NCBI GenBank assembly: GCA_002633005.1
Contig: NMRA01000248.1
Coordinates: forward strand, 241,026 to 305,025
Reading direction: 5' to 3'
Length of the DNA: 64,000 nucleotides
DNA from: Phoronis australis
Taxonomy: Eukaryota; Animalia; Phoronida
In this document: piece by piece, positions 63,683-64,000 of the stretch
How positions within the stretch are numbered: position 1 is the stretch's first letter
How the letters are laid out: each line of letters starts with the position of its first letter
Position numbers and translations under genes: made by a program
Notes under the pieces: generated by a model
Databases searched by the model: none
The model's input: the letters and a program-made list of their open reading frames with translations, nothing else
Told to the model about the DNA's origin: nothing

Positions 63683-64000
63683 CTATACCAACAATGACAA
63701 CCTGTGGTGTGTCAGTTGCCTATTGAGATTGGGCTTGCACCAACTGATATGTAAAGCCTCACGAATTTTAAGCTCCTTTGTTGTTACTGCCTGGTCTATT
63801 ATTGCAAAGTCATTGAAAGAGCACTGCTGATAACAATGATTGGAGCTCTGCAGGTGAATATTTACATGTGAATTACTGTCAGAATTTAGATGTTCCTTGG
63901 TCCTGGTTTTCAAATGGCGAACAGTTTCGCCTATATAACTGGAGCCACATCCAGCACAGATAAATTTGTATACAACCTTGGACCGTAGACCCATAGAAAT
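63683..64000 (-). CDS. C-terminal GIY-YIG endonuclease domain of a Penelope-like retroelement (ORF continues beyond the window)
   Basis: VVYKFICAGCGSSYIGETVRHLKTRTKEH...H...H...LKIREALHI...PNLNRQ is the characteristic Penelope GIY-YIG with a CxxC between the motifs. No stops in this stretch. Confidence 0.92.
   Translation of the reverse strand: MSMGLRSKVVYKFICAGCGSSYIGETVRHLKTRTKEHLNSDSNSHVNIHLQSSNHCYQQCSFNDFAIIDQAVTTKELKIREALHISWCKPNLNRQLTHHRLSLLV

Larger units (their letters stand above)
63555..64000 (-). mobile_element. 3' end of a Penelope-like element (endonuclease, 3' UTR and hammerhead)
   Basis: The GIY-YIG ORF stop at 63683 is followed ~80 nt later by a same-strand hammerhead, the known pseudo-LTR layout. 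Confidence 0.88.

Overview
AT-rich, intron-containing animal genomic DNA from a fragmented, heterozygous draft assembly. It is probably a marine invertebrate, possibly a non-vertebrate deuterostome (inference). Single-n joins are often flanked by near-identical duplicated blocks that look like uncollapsed alleles. Most entries in the ORF track are spurious. Recognisable host genes are (1) a small secreted protein of signal peptide plus at least three fibronectin type II modules (exons 3999-7647, +), (2) two internal COG4 exons (-) and (3) U2AF1 coding exon 1 (+). The rest is mostly repeats: Tc2/pogo-like elements, Harbinger-like MITEs, a Sola-like TIR element, Helentron-type non-autonomous ends, a probable solo LTR, SINE heads, a ~10 kb composite satellite, and a foldback-like TA-target element seen as both empty and filled alleles. 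The window ends in the 3' end of a Penelope-like retroelement whose GIY-YIG domain is followed by an intact-looking minimal hammerhead ribozyme. A 51-bp-period array of palindromes looks CRISPR-like but is a minisatellite. No wholly novel system can be demonstrated from sequence alone.
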